Shown in pieces: positions 37,601 through 50,000 of a stretch of 64,000 nucleotides of DNA; position 1 is the first letter of the stretch, and the number at the start of each line of letters is the position of its first letter. A program made the translations under genes and the position numbers. The stretch lies in assembly GCA_050273025.1 (NCBI GenBank), contig CP158635.1:26102001-26166000 (forward strand), given 5' to 3'. The DNA is from Cenococcum geophilum. Its lineage: Eukaryota. The notes under the pieces are model-generated. The model was not told where the DNA came from, did not search any database, and saw only the letters and a list, made by a program, of their open reading frames with translations.

Positions 37601-40600
37601 AACGTTTAGAGGACTGGAAAAGTAAGAGGCGTATTTTAGTACCTGCGAATAAAGTCGTAACGTTTAGATCAGCACGATAAAGGTTTAAACTTAAGGATAA
37701 AGACGAGCTAAGAGTTAACCTAAAGCACCTAGCATACTATACGATATCATGGATTGCGTATATAGACAATATATACAAAATACATAAGAATCCGAAAGAA
37801 AAGAATTGGAAATACTCTATAAGGATATACTGGATAACGGATAAGTAATAGTATAGAAATGCCAAATATATATATGGATGGCATCTAATAGAAATCCAAG
37901 AGGAAGGAAGTTTAGTACTTTAATTAGGAAGATTTTTTACGGAAGAATGCTTAGACGGACGATAGTAGTAGGAATGCCTAAAAAATATGTGTTTATGGTA
38001 TATTAAAGATAAAAAGCGAACTAGGTATTGGCTAAGGAATGAGCTAAGTATACTAGGATTAAGTAGCTAATAGTTAGGAAAAGTAGAGGCCTATAGGATT
38101 AGAGGGAGCTAGTAGTAGAGCCTTAGACCCTTAAAGGAATTTAAGGATGACACCTAAATTTATAGATTAATTAGTAAGATTAGCAGTTTAAAGCGCTAAT
38201 AGATAGTGGAGTAACGCGAAACTATATCTTACTAGTAGTAGTTAAGAGAATGGGGCTATTTTATAAATAAAAGGAGCAACTTTACCTATTAGTTACAATT
38301 TTAGGAGATCTAATAACCTATAGAGGAGGGATTATTAATCTTAAAATAGGACCTATTTAGATAACTATTAAAGGAAGATAAATTAAGATGTCTTTTAATA
38401 TCCTACTATTAGGACGGGATAAGGCAGTATTAGGTATGCCTTAGTTATAGGAATATAATCTAAGGATTAATTGGATTATAGGTTAAGTTAATATTAGAGA
38501 TACTTAACGCCGTAAGATATAATAATAAGCCAAGTTGGTATAGTACTAAGTAGGAGTAACCTATAAAGAAATAGAAAAAGGACTAAGCTATATACTAAAG
38601 AGATACTATAAGTACGGTAAGAAACTATAGTCACCGGAAAGTGAAAAGCTGTTAGAATATATAGTATGGGATTATAAAATAGAGTTAGAACTAGGAATAA
38701 GTCTAAAGTTTTTTCTAATCTATAAGCTTACCGAAGAAGAAAGTAGAGCGTTAAAAGAGTTTGTTTAGGAAAATCTACAAAAGGGATATATTAGACCATC
38801 GCAGTTATTAGCGGGTTATCTAGTACTATTCGTACTAAAGAAAAATGGTAAACTAAGGCTGTGTATTAACTATAGATAGTTAAACAGCATTACTAGAAAG
38901 GATAGGTATCTTTTACCCTTAATTAGTGAAATCTAAGATAGGATAGGCAATATGTAAATCTTTATAAAGATAGATTTAAGATGGGCGTACTATTAGATTA
39001 GGATTAAGGAAGGCGACGAATAAAAGGCAGCCTTTAGGTTAAAGGAAGGACTATATAAACTATTAGTTATACAATTTAGGCTTATAAACGTACTAGCAAC
39101 GTTCCAGAAGCGTATTAATAATATATTAGGAGAACACTTGGATGAATTTATTATAGTATATTTTAATAATATTATTATCTACTTAATAACTAAGGAAGAA
39201 CACGGGGAATACGTTAAATGGGTTTTAAAGAGACTATAAGAAGAATAGATGCTAGTAGCAATTAAGAAATACGAGTTTTTTACTAGGAAGACCGATTTTA
39301 TTAAATTTATTATTAAACTAGGCTAACTTAGTATAGATCTAAAAAAGATTAAGGCTATAGTGAATTAGTAGGAACTAGAGAACGTTATATAGTTAAGATC
39401 GTTTCTAGGGTTTTACAATTACTATAGAAGGTTTATAGCGTAATGGTTAAAGGACATTAAGCCATTTACGCGGTTAATAAAGAAAGAAGAACTATAGGTA
39501 TAGGGGGAAGAGTAAAGAAAACTCTTTAAGAAAGTTAAAGAGTTGTTTACCTAGGAGCTAGTTTTTAAGATCTATTAACTAGGACTAGAGATAATTATAA
39601 AAATAGATGCATTAGACTATATACTAGGGGCGTGCTTTATATAAAAGCATTAAGATGGATGGCACCTAGTAGCATACTATAGTCGGAAGATGACACTATT
39701 AGAGTTAAACTATGACATCTATAATAAGGAGTTATTAGGTATAGTTACAGCATTAAAGAAATAGAGAGCATTCTTATAAGGTATAGAGAAACTATTTATA
39801 GTTAAGATAAATTATAAGAACCTAATAGGATTTCTAATAACGAAGGAACTTAACCGAAGATAGGTTAGATAGGTAGAGATGCTTATAGAATACTATTTTG
39901 AGATTTAGTATATCAAAGGTATAGATAATACGCAGGCAGATGCTCTAAGCCGCAAAGCTAAACTATAAAATAAGGAAAAGCCATTAGGGGCTTTATTATG
40001 AAAAGATATAGACGGATTGATTAGGTACAATTATCCGAAAATCGCAGTAACTTAAGAAGACGACGAACTAGAGAAAGTCTATAAGATACTAGAAAGCTTT
40101 TAGGTATAAAGAATTCTAGAAGCACAGCTAGAGGATCTATAAACGGATATATACGAAAATCGAGAAGTAAAGTATATCCTAAGAAGTATAGCAGAGTAAT
40201 TTATAGAGGACTTTTATAAGGGACTAACTTAAGGATATAATGGAGCTATGGGCTTAGTGTCGAGACTCTAGGAGGAGTATATTATTGATAGAATCTAGAG
40301 GATAGCCAGAAGGGTTATAAAGGAATATTTAGATTGCTAAAGGAATAAACTAATGAGGTATAAGCTATATAGAGGGCTATAACCTATTAAAATACTAGAG
40401 AGACTAGGGGAGGTTATATTATAGGACTTTATTATTAAGTTACTAAAATTAAAGGACCCTATTACTGGATAAGATCATAACGCGATCTTAGTAATAGTAG
40501 ACAAGCTTATAAAGTGGGGATACTTTATAGTATATACAGAAGAAATCTCAGCAGAAGATGTCGCTAGAATCTATATTAAAGAAGTGTTTATAAGATATGG

Positions 40601-42609
40601 AGCACTAAGTAAAATTATATCGGATAGAGATCTAAGATTCGTAGTAGTATTCTAGAAAGTATTCTTAGCGGAGTAAGGAGTATGAGTAGCAACTTCTACC
40701 GCATATTATCTATAAATAGATGGTTAAATAGAAAGATTAAATTAAACACTAGAGCAGTACCTAAGATATTATATTAATTATGCATAAAATAATTGGGTAT
40801 CGCTATTACTAGTTATATAATTCGCATATAATATAACACCTTAAGAAGGAATAGGCATATTACTATTTAAGGCAAATTATAGATACAAGCCAAGAACATT
40901 GTTGTTACTACGGTAAGTAAAGAAAACGAGTAGTATAGCTAAAGAGAGAATAAAGATATTAATAAATCTTTATATAGACCTTATAGAATTAGTAAAGAAA
41001 GTATAAGAGAGAATAAAAAAGTACTATAATGCTAAGAGATCTAAGGGACCAGATCTTAAGGAGGGAGATAAAGTATGGCTACTACACAAAAATTTTAAGA
41101 GTTGACGACTAAGTAAGAAATTGGACTATGTTAGACTAGGACCTTTTAAAATTATATAGAGGATTTCACTGGTTATATTTAAGTTAAACCTACTAGCTAA
41201 AATAAAGATTTACCCTATATAGTATATCGTAATGCTAGAGCCAGTATATAGGAATATTAAGCCACCGGTTTATAAAGCAGACACATATAGAGGATAAGAA
41301 AAAGATAAATAGTAAGTATTAAAGATCGTTAATTATAAGGACATTAATAATGAAACATGGTATAAGGTTAAGTGGATAGGCTATACTAAGACTATCTAGG
41401 AGCTACTAGAGAATTTAAAGAACGCTATAGGAAAGGTATAGGAGTATTAGAAGAGATTAGGTCAGGCAGTATTAATAAAGAAGGATTGCTAAAGAATAAG
41501 TTACCTAAGGGGGACCTAAGAAGAGCAGTTGCTAAACTACTCGGATCTGTTTCCTTCTCTATTAGAAGAAAATCCGTTCTTTTATTACCTAGTTCCTGCA
41601 AACCTTATTTTATAAGTTTCTACTCCTTAAAACAAACCTTCTTATAAACCTTCTTAAGACGAAGCAGACGAGTAAACGCTGTAATTCGAGTATTTAAAGC
41701 CTTCTGTTCCGCGTTACGGGAACGTTCCAACTTAGTAAGGGCTTACAATAATTCACTATCTAGCCGCGCAGCAATAGATTAAACACGAGACCCTAAGACA
41801 AATTAATTAGGGAACTAGACGACTATTAAGAGTAATAGGTCGCGTATATTTAGTATTAAAAGTAGAGCAAACATCACAGGACGAATAAATATTCGCTTTA
41901 GTATACTTTAAGTAAAAGGACGGCTGTTATAAAGATGGGTTCGCTAACATAACATAAACTAACCCCTCTTTTAAATAATAAGAATATGAAGACGGTATAA
42001 TCTTACTAAGAGATAATATTGCAGTAATAGTGCGAGCACGACGTTAGGCGTATAAAGAAGAAATTACTTTAGGTATAATAAGCAATAATATTAACCAAAT
42101 TAACTAGATGGACATTATACCTCTAGTAAATAACTTAGAGATGTTTTAAATCTTTAAGGACGAAGATAAAGAGGAGGGAGATAGTGTTACGGACGCTTTA
42201 AGTACAATATTATAACTACTTGGAGAAGAGACGGAAGAAGCTAGTTAGTTAATTTAGGCACGGTTTAGGATGGAGCCGATAGAACTATATAATGAGAAAT
42301 GGTAACTAAGGTTATATAATGTGCTACGTATTAAATAAGAGGAATAAGAGGAACTTACGTACCTTATATATAAGACGTATATTACGTATAAGAAGGATTT
42401 TATAGGAGTACGGTTATATATTTAAGGACCCTTAGTCCCTACCTAGATAGTTCCTTTCTTGTAGTAATTCTTAGAATATAATTAGAGTTAATCTGTTAGG
42501 CAACCACTCCACCAGTTATTATTACGTTGTTGACTTTTGTACTTGCATTTCCTACACACCTAGCCTATTAACGAGCCTATCGTAGTTCTTGCTATAAGGT
42601 TCCGTTACA
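34659..42609 (+). mobile_element. Ty3/Gypsy chromovirus family A, copy A2 (uninterrupted, about 7.95 kb, innermost)
   Basis: 425-bp LTRs (34659-35083, 42185-42609), TSD GACCT; colinear with A1 throughout. Confidence 0.95.
41430..42076 (-). pseudogene. RIP-degenerate antisense accessory gene of family A: Cys-rich Zn2Cys6-like motif plus coiled coil, putative 55-nt intron (41793-41847)
   Basis: Conserved reading frame in A2, A1 (about 49550-50193, minus) and A0 (from 2491, plus). De-RIP consensus CSxCxxxxLVC-x13-CxECT-x7-C. Cys5 and Cys6 are retained as TGY in some copies; the others are TAY. 3' limit approximate. Confidence 0.6.
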
Positions 42610-43980
42610 GACCTAGCCCTTACCCTTAGCCATAAGATTAGCGATGCTAACTACGTAGGATAGAGTAAGTAGATAGATGTATTCGCTTATAACTTATAGA
42701 ACCACACTTACTACACTAAGCTAAATACCGCTAAATTAAGTACCGCTGGCGGCTATTAACCTATATCACTGTAGAATAATCTAATAAACCTTAACGCCGC
42801 TAAATTCGGTAGCGGTAGCGGTAGCCTCCCTAATAACGTCTGAAGATATTGTATAGATAATAGACTCTATATGGCATATAGTTAACCTAGCCACTAAAAA
42901 GACGCTTACGACCCTAGTAAGAACCTAAATCCCCTTCCAATGCTACGGCGCTAACCCCTTCCTAGCCGCAGCGGATTCTTTAATAGAGGGGATAATAACT
43001 AAGGCGGTAACTATAGATAGGGACGTGGGTCTGGACACAGAGACCTACCCCTATAATTTCCTTCCCTAATACAGCCCTAGCTAATAGTCCTATACGTAAA
43101 CTACGGATAAATACTCCGTACTAGTACTAACCGTAAGACCGGCTATATCCTTAGTAAAGTACCCCCTAGCATATATATACTATTAGAGACCGATATATTA
43201 GGACATACTAACTAAGACTACAGCCACTAGCCGAGCCCTATAATCTAGTTATTAAAAGGCTAACCCTTAGACTAAGTCGCCTCTAAGGGTTAGAACTATA
43301 TAGGGAGGAGGATAAAAGGATTAGATCTATACTACTAGATTAGTTAGACCTTGTTCTAAGCTAGCTGCTACTTAACCTTAAAACAGCAAATAATAACAGA
43401 AATACTATCCTTATTTAGACCTACCTCTTCTTACTGCGTAACCTACTCCTAAAAGTTTTTATTAAAACAGTTAGCCTCGTTAACAGTGATAGTACAGTAC
43501 CAGCGTTTGTAGACGAAGACTCGCTTATAAAAAAGCATAATATTATAATAAAAAGACTCCTAGCCCTAAAAACACTCCGCCTTACTAACGGACTCCCGTC
43601 TAGCTTTATTACCCATTACTTTACAGTAAAAATAATAATTAGCCACCATACAGAATCCATGCTTTTCTATGTTACGAAGTTATTACCCTTAATACTAGTA
43701 ATTCTTGGAATACCCTAGCTTAAAAAGCATAACCTAAAAATAGACTTCCCCGTCCTAGAGCTTAAGTTTAACTCTAATTACTATGCCTACAACTGTCTCC
43801 TATAGCATATCCCTAACTGTAACTAAGTAGCACTAAGCGGACGCATTACATAGCTAACGCTTAGATACCGACAGCTGACAGTAAAAGAAGTGCCTAATAC
43901 TAGTAAACTAATATACACAGTAAACGAAGCGGAGATTCTAGAAGACTAGACCACCGCCCCATCCCTAAGAAAACAACTTT

Positions 43981-44068
43981 CTACTAAGTCCCACCGCAAC
44001 TGTTTACCAAGTTCCACCGCAACTGTCTACCAAGTTCCACCGTAACTATCTACCAAGTTCCACCGCAA
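43981..44068 (+). repeat. 23-bp tandem repeat (about 3.8 copies) between protease and RT of element E
   Basis: Unit CTACCAAGTTCCACCGCAACTGT starts at 43981, 44004, 44027 and 44050. Confidence 0.9.
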
Positions 44069-47000
44069 TCCACCGTCTCCTACCCGTACTATAACACCAC
44101 CAGAACTATAAGTCTCCCGTATATACCCGCTTAACCCAGGTTAGGCAATAAGATACCTAACTTTAAGACATTTGCTATACGCATATACGACCGCATGTAT
44201 AATAGCTAAGGCTGTTATAGCCAAGGCTAAAACTAGAGTAATTAAGACCTCCCCCCCGCAACGCCCAACCTCATACCCATCTCCCGCGCGTACCGTGCAG
44301 GGCCGCCGCCTTATTTCCGTCCCCCCGGGCCGACTAAGTTGTACTAGCCTAACTATAGCACTAAGGAACCAGATACGCCCTAACCTGGACAACATTAAAT
44401 ACACTTATGCTGTTAATTTCACCCAGTTCTGTAAATAAAAAGGCGTAAAGGTAATAAGGATCTATATAGCGGAGCTAGTAGAACTAGTTAAATAAGAACA
44501 CTAATAGCTGCTTAAGGAGCTGCCTATAGGCCTAATAGAAGTACCGAACCTATTAGAAAGGTCTTTTCGCTGGCTAGTGGAAGGCGACTATATAATGGAG
44601 GAAGCCCGTAAAGCGCTACCCCCTTATTTTTATAACTTCCTTAAGATAAACCTTAAAACCGAGTCTAAGCTCCTACGCTAAAAGATAGTTAATACTAATA
44701 TTGAGAAGTTCCTAAAAGGTAAGCCAGGATTAACCTATAAAGATATTTTATAACGCTTACTAAAAGAGTTCCGCGAACATATTAAACACTTTCTCCCTAA
44801 GAATATAGATAAGCTACCCCCTTACCGACCATGGGACTATAAAATTAAGATTATACCCGGAAAGTAAGCCCTATACTATAAAAACAGACCACTCTTACCC
44901 GCTAAACTTATATATGTAAAGAGGTGGATTAACAAAATACTAGATAAGGGTTTTATCTGCGAGTCAACCTTACTAGCCACCGTACCACTCCTCCTTGCTG
45001 CGAAACCTGGCGGCGGTATATAAATCTACTATAACTACTAAGGCCTAAATACAGTTACTATTAAGAATCGATACCCATTGCCACTAGTCTACAAGACACT
45101 TAACGCACTCTATAGTGCTAAGTACTTTACTAAGCTTAACGTAATTACTGTGTTTAACCAGATCTGGATCGCGGAAGGCTATAAATAGCTTATAGCATTT
45201 ATTACCCGATTTGGACTCTATAAGATATTAGTTACACTATTTAGTCTCTATAACGCGCCCGCTACGTTTTAGAACTATATTAACTATGTCTTACACAACG
45301 CCCTTAACAACTACTGCACTGCGTACCTTAATAATGTCCTTATCTTCTCTAAAACACGTGCCGAGCACATAAAATATATAAATGAAATTATCTAGAGACT
45401 TAGTAATGCCGGACTCCAGATTAATATTAATAAGTTTAAGTTTTATACTACTAAAACAAAATACCTTAGCCTAATTATCTTAACTAACGGCATAACTATG
45501 GACCCTAAGAAGGTGCAGGCCTTGTAGGAATAGAAGGACCCAACGTTAATAAAGGAACTATAGCAGTTTCTTAGCTTCGCGAACTTCTACTAATGATTTA
45601 TCCAAAGCTATTCTAAGATAGTTGAGCCTATAACTAGGCTACTAAAGAAGAGTACTAGCTAGTTATGGGGCCCTGATCAAACAGAAGCGTTCTAGACCCT
45701 AAAAACAGCATTTACCATAGCACCGGTCTTAGCATATTACGACTATATAAAGAAGACTGTGGTAGAGATAGACGCCTTAAACTAGGCTTTAGGTAGAGTG
45801 CTCTACTAAGCTAATAAAAATAACAAGCTTAAGCTAGTCACATTCTTCTCTGCTAAGCACTTAGCCCCTAAATATAACTATAAAATATACAACAAGGAGC
45901 TCCTGGCAATAGTTAAGGTACTAGAAGAATGGTGCCCCGAACTGCAAGGAACTAAGCAGCTATTTGAAATTATTACGGACTATAAGAACCTCCAGACCTT
46001 TATAATAATGAAACAACTAAACTAGTGCCAAGTCCGCTGGGCTAAGTTCCTTTCCTAATTTAACTTTGTTATTACCTATAGGCCTAGCACTAAAGCTATA
46101 ATCCTAGATGCTCTTAGCCGCCTCCTAGGCGTAATACCCGCTAATGCTGGTGACGAACGTCTACGACACTAAGACCGCGTTATCTTACTACTGAAGAAAG
46201 TCGACCCCGCTATTCTAGAAGAGCTACTAAGCGAATCCCAAGACTAGAGCGTTAAAGACTTTATAGCAGTAATGGACCTAAAGCCTAAGAAAAAACCCCT
46301 TAAGGAGCTTATTAAGAATGCCTATAAGGAGAATAAACTTGCTAGGGATATGTTGACTACGCTACGCAAACGGGAAGGCTGTAAAGCACGCCGTTGGCCC
46401 AAGTAGATTAGGAAGTTACTCCGCTGTAATAAATCCGAATGTTTAATTATTAACGGCCTAATCTACTATAGGAATTGAGTATTTGTCCCTAATTCGCCTA
46501 AACTCTGACTAGAAGTTGCATATTGTATGTATAGTTTGGGTCCTGCGGGCTACCTAGGCCGCGTTAAGACACTAGACCTCCTTAATTAAACCTATTAGTG
46601 GCCAGGTATTTTATAGTTCACAGCTACCTTTATAAAAGACTGCGCTCTCTACTTCCGTATAAAGACCCCACGCTTAGCACCGCCTGGTTTCCTAAAACTA
46701 CTAGAACTACCAGTCCGCCCGTAGACTGATATCTCTATTAACCACGTTGTTGACCTGCCTAAGTGCCTTCGTAACGGCAAAATATATAGATACATCTTTG
46801 TCGTTGTTAACCGCCTAATAAAGATAAGACACTTTATTCCTGTTACTAGCCTAGACACTAAGGAGCTTATTAAAGCATTTATCTATACTGTCTATAAGTT
46901 ATACGGTGCTCCGAATACTATTATTTCCGATAGAGGCTCTTTATTCGTTTCTGACTTCTAGCGTCGCCTAAACTAGCGCCTAAAGGTAACCCTAAGCCCT

Positions 47001-50000
47001 AGTTTTGTATGGCACCCTAAAACAAATAGCTAAACCGAGATTATTAATGCAGCAATAAATAAGTACCTATGTGCCTTCGTGAGCTTCACCTAAGATGACT
47101 AGGTAGATTGGCTCCCCCTTACTAAGTTCGCTATAAATAACTAGGTTAACAAGACCACGGGATTCTTACCGTTCTTTGCTAACTATAGCTATAACCTATG
47201 TCTGGGCGTTAAACTAGTGGGCCCCTAGCTATTAGCCCTGTCTATATATATAAAGAAAGAGTACCTATAAGCTGATACTATTGCGAACCGCTTTAAGCGT
47301 ATCCTAACTTAGCTTAAGGCCCTAGCCCGTATCTCCTAGTAACGCTATAAAGATAACGCCAATACAAAACGGGACGAAGGTATAATATTTAAAAAGGATG
47401 ATATGGTTATGGTTAGCCTTAAAAATATAAAGATTAACCGGCCTAAGAGGAAGTGGGATAACAATTGGGATGGACCTTAGCCCGTCTTAGCTACCTATAG
47501 AGGGGTAGTTATAGTGGACCTCCTAGACCATATTCGCGTTAATAAGTCTTTCTATATGTTAAAAGTCCGCCTCTGGTTCCCTAAGGAGATCCCTAGCTAA
47601 GCACGCATTAATAAGGAGGAATGTCGTAACGTTACAGGCAGGATAGCTAAAAGGGATAATAACGGCAATATTATAGATAAGTGGGAATTTAAGAAGATCC
47701 TTAATGTACATGATAAATAAAGGGACGAGCATGGCTTAACATACTGTATTAAGTGGAAGTATTATAATAAAGAAACCTAGGAACCTAAGAAATCCCTAAA
47801 AGGGTGTAAGCGCGCACTACTTAAGTTCTATAAGCAATACCTTAAGAAGCTAGGACCCCTAGACTAGGTATAAGATAAGGGAGAGTTGTTATGCCGAGGT
47901 CGATTATGTAATGGTTGAGATGTTATAGAACTTTAACCGCCGGTTGAAGTTATCTAATTAGTTAGATTCTTGCAAAAGGCGCAGCGCTAGACCAATTTAG
48001 ATGGCGGTGTGGAATTCTGCTAACTCTATTTACTAAGCTGACTAATTAGGATTTTCTATTCCCGGGATGGAAAATCGCGTATTGCCTGTTTTTGGAGTTA
48101 CCTGTTTAGTTTGGGGACTAAACCTTTTAGGGGAGGGGAGTACTGTTACGGCACTGACTTGCTATATACTGTTCCATACTGTCTTGTACTATTTCCTACC
48201 GTTAGCTAGCCCACCACTAGCGCCTCGGCGGCTGGCCCTACTATTTATATACGATACCCCTTTTCACCTTCTTCTCCTCTTTATACCACAACGTAGTTAT
48301 TTGGTCTACTTTATTGCAGCACTATGACAGCAGAACACTTTATAGAAGATTTCTATAAGGGAATGACTTAAGGACATAATAGAGCCGCGGGCTTAGTATT
48401 AAGACTATAGGAGGAATATATTATTAATAAAATTTAGGGCTTAGCATAAAAAGTTATAAAGGAATATTTAGATTACTAAAGAAATAAATTAATGAGGTAT
48501 AAGCCATATAGAGGGCTATAACCTATTAAAATACCAGAGAGACTATAGGAGGTCATATTATAGGACTTTATTATTAAGTTACTAAAGTTAAGAGATCCTA
48601 TTACTGGATAAGATTATAACGCGATCTTAGTAATAGTAAATAAGCTTATAAAGTAGGGATACTTTATAGCATACATAGAAGAAATATTAGTAAAAGATAT
48701 CGCTAGAATCTATATTAAAGAAGTATTTATAAAACATGGAGCACTAAGCAAGATTATATTGGATAGAGATCTAAGATTCGTAGCAGTATTTTAGAAGATA
48801 TTCTTAGCGGAGCAAGGAGTTAGAGCAGTAACTTCTACCGTATATTATCTACAGATAGATAGTTAAACAGAGAGATTAAATTAGATACTAGAATAGTATT
48901 TAAGGCATTATATTAATCATACATAGAATAATTAGGTATTACTATTACCAGTTATATAGTTTATATATAATATAACACTATAAGAAGGAATAGGCACATT
49001 ACTATTTAAGGCGAATTATAGATATAAGCCAAGAATATTATTATTACTATAGTAAGTAAAGAAAGAATAAAGACGTTAATAAATCTTTATGCAGACCTTA
49101 TAGAATTAGTAAAGAAAGTATAAGAGAGAATAAAGAAGTACTATAACGCTAAAAGATCTAAGGGACTAGATCTTAAGGAGGGAGATAAAGTATAGCTACT
49201 ATATAAAAATTTTAAGAGTCGACAACTAAGCAAGAAGTTAAACTATGTTAGACTAGGACCTTTTAAAATTACGTAAAGGATTTTACCGGTTACGTTTAAG
49301 TTAAACCTACCAGCTAAAATAAAGATTTACCCTATATAGTATATCGTAATACTAAAGCCAGCATACGGGAATGTTAAGCCACTAGTTTATAAAGTAGATA
49401 TATATAGAGGATAGGAAGAAGACAAATAGTAAGTTTTAAAAATCGTTAGTTATAAGGACATTAACAATAAAATATAGTACGAAGTTAAGTGGATAGGCTA
49501 TAATAAGACTACCTAGAAGCTATTAGAAAATTTAAAGAACGCTATAGAAAAGGTATAAGAGTATTAGAAGAGATTAGGTTAGGCAGTATTAATAAAAAAG
49601 GATTACTAAAAAATAAATTACCTAAGGGGGACCTAAGAAAAGCAGTTGCCGAACTACTTAGATCTATTTCCTTCTTAGCTAGAAGAAAATCTGTTTTTTT
49701 ATTACTAAGTTCCTATAGACCCTATTCTATAAGCTTCTACTCCTTAAAACAGACCTTTTTACGAACCTTTTTAAGACGGAGTAACTGAGCGGACGCCGCA
49801 ATATAGGCCTTAAGAGCCTTCTACTCTATATTACGAGAACATTTTAACTTAATAAGGGCTTAAGACAGTTTACTATCTAGCCGCGCAGTAGTAGATTAAA
49901 TATAAGACCCTAAAATAAATCAGTTAAGGAACTAGACGACTATTAAAAGTAATAGGTCGCGTATATTTAGTATTAAAGACAGAGTAAACGTTACAGGACG

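Larger units (their letters stand above)
33381..48329 (+). mobile_element. Ty3/Gypsy chromovirus family E (hosts A2 in gag)
   Basis: 186-bp LTRs (33381-33566, 48144-48329), TSD GCAGA, PPT AGGGGAGGGGAG. RT (YLYN, de-RIP YLDD) near 45325, RNase H, integrase and chromodomain near 47680-47800. Confidence 0.95.
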
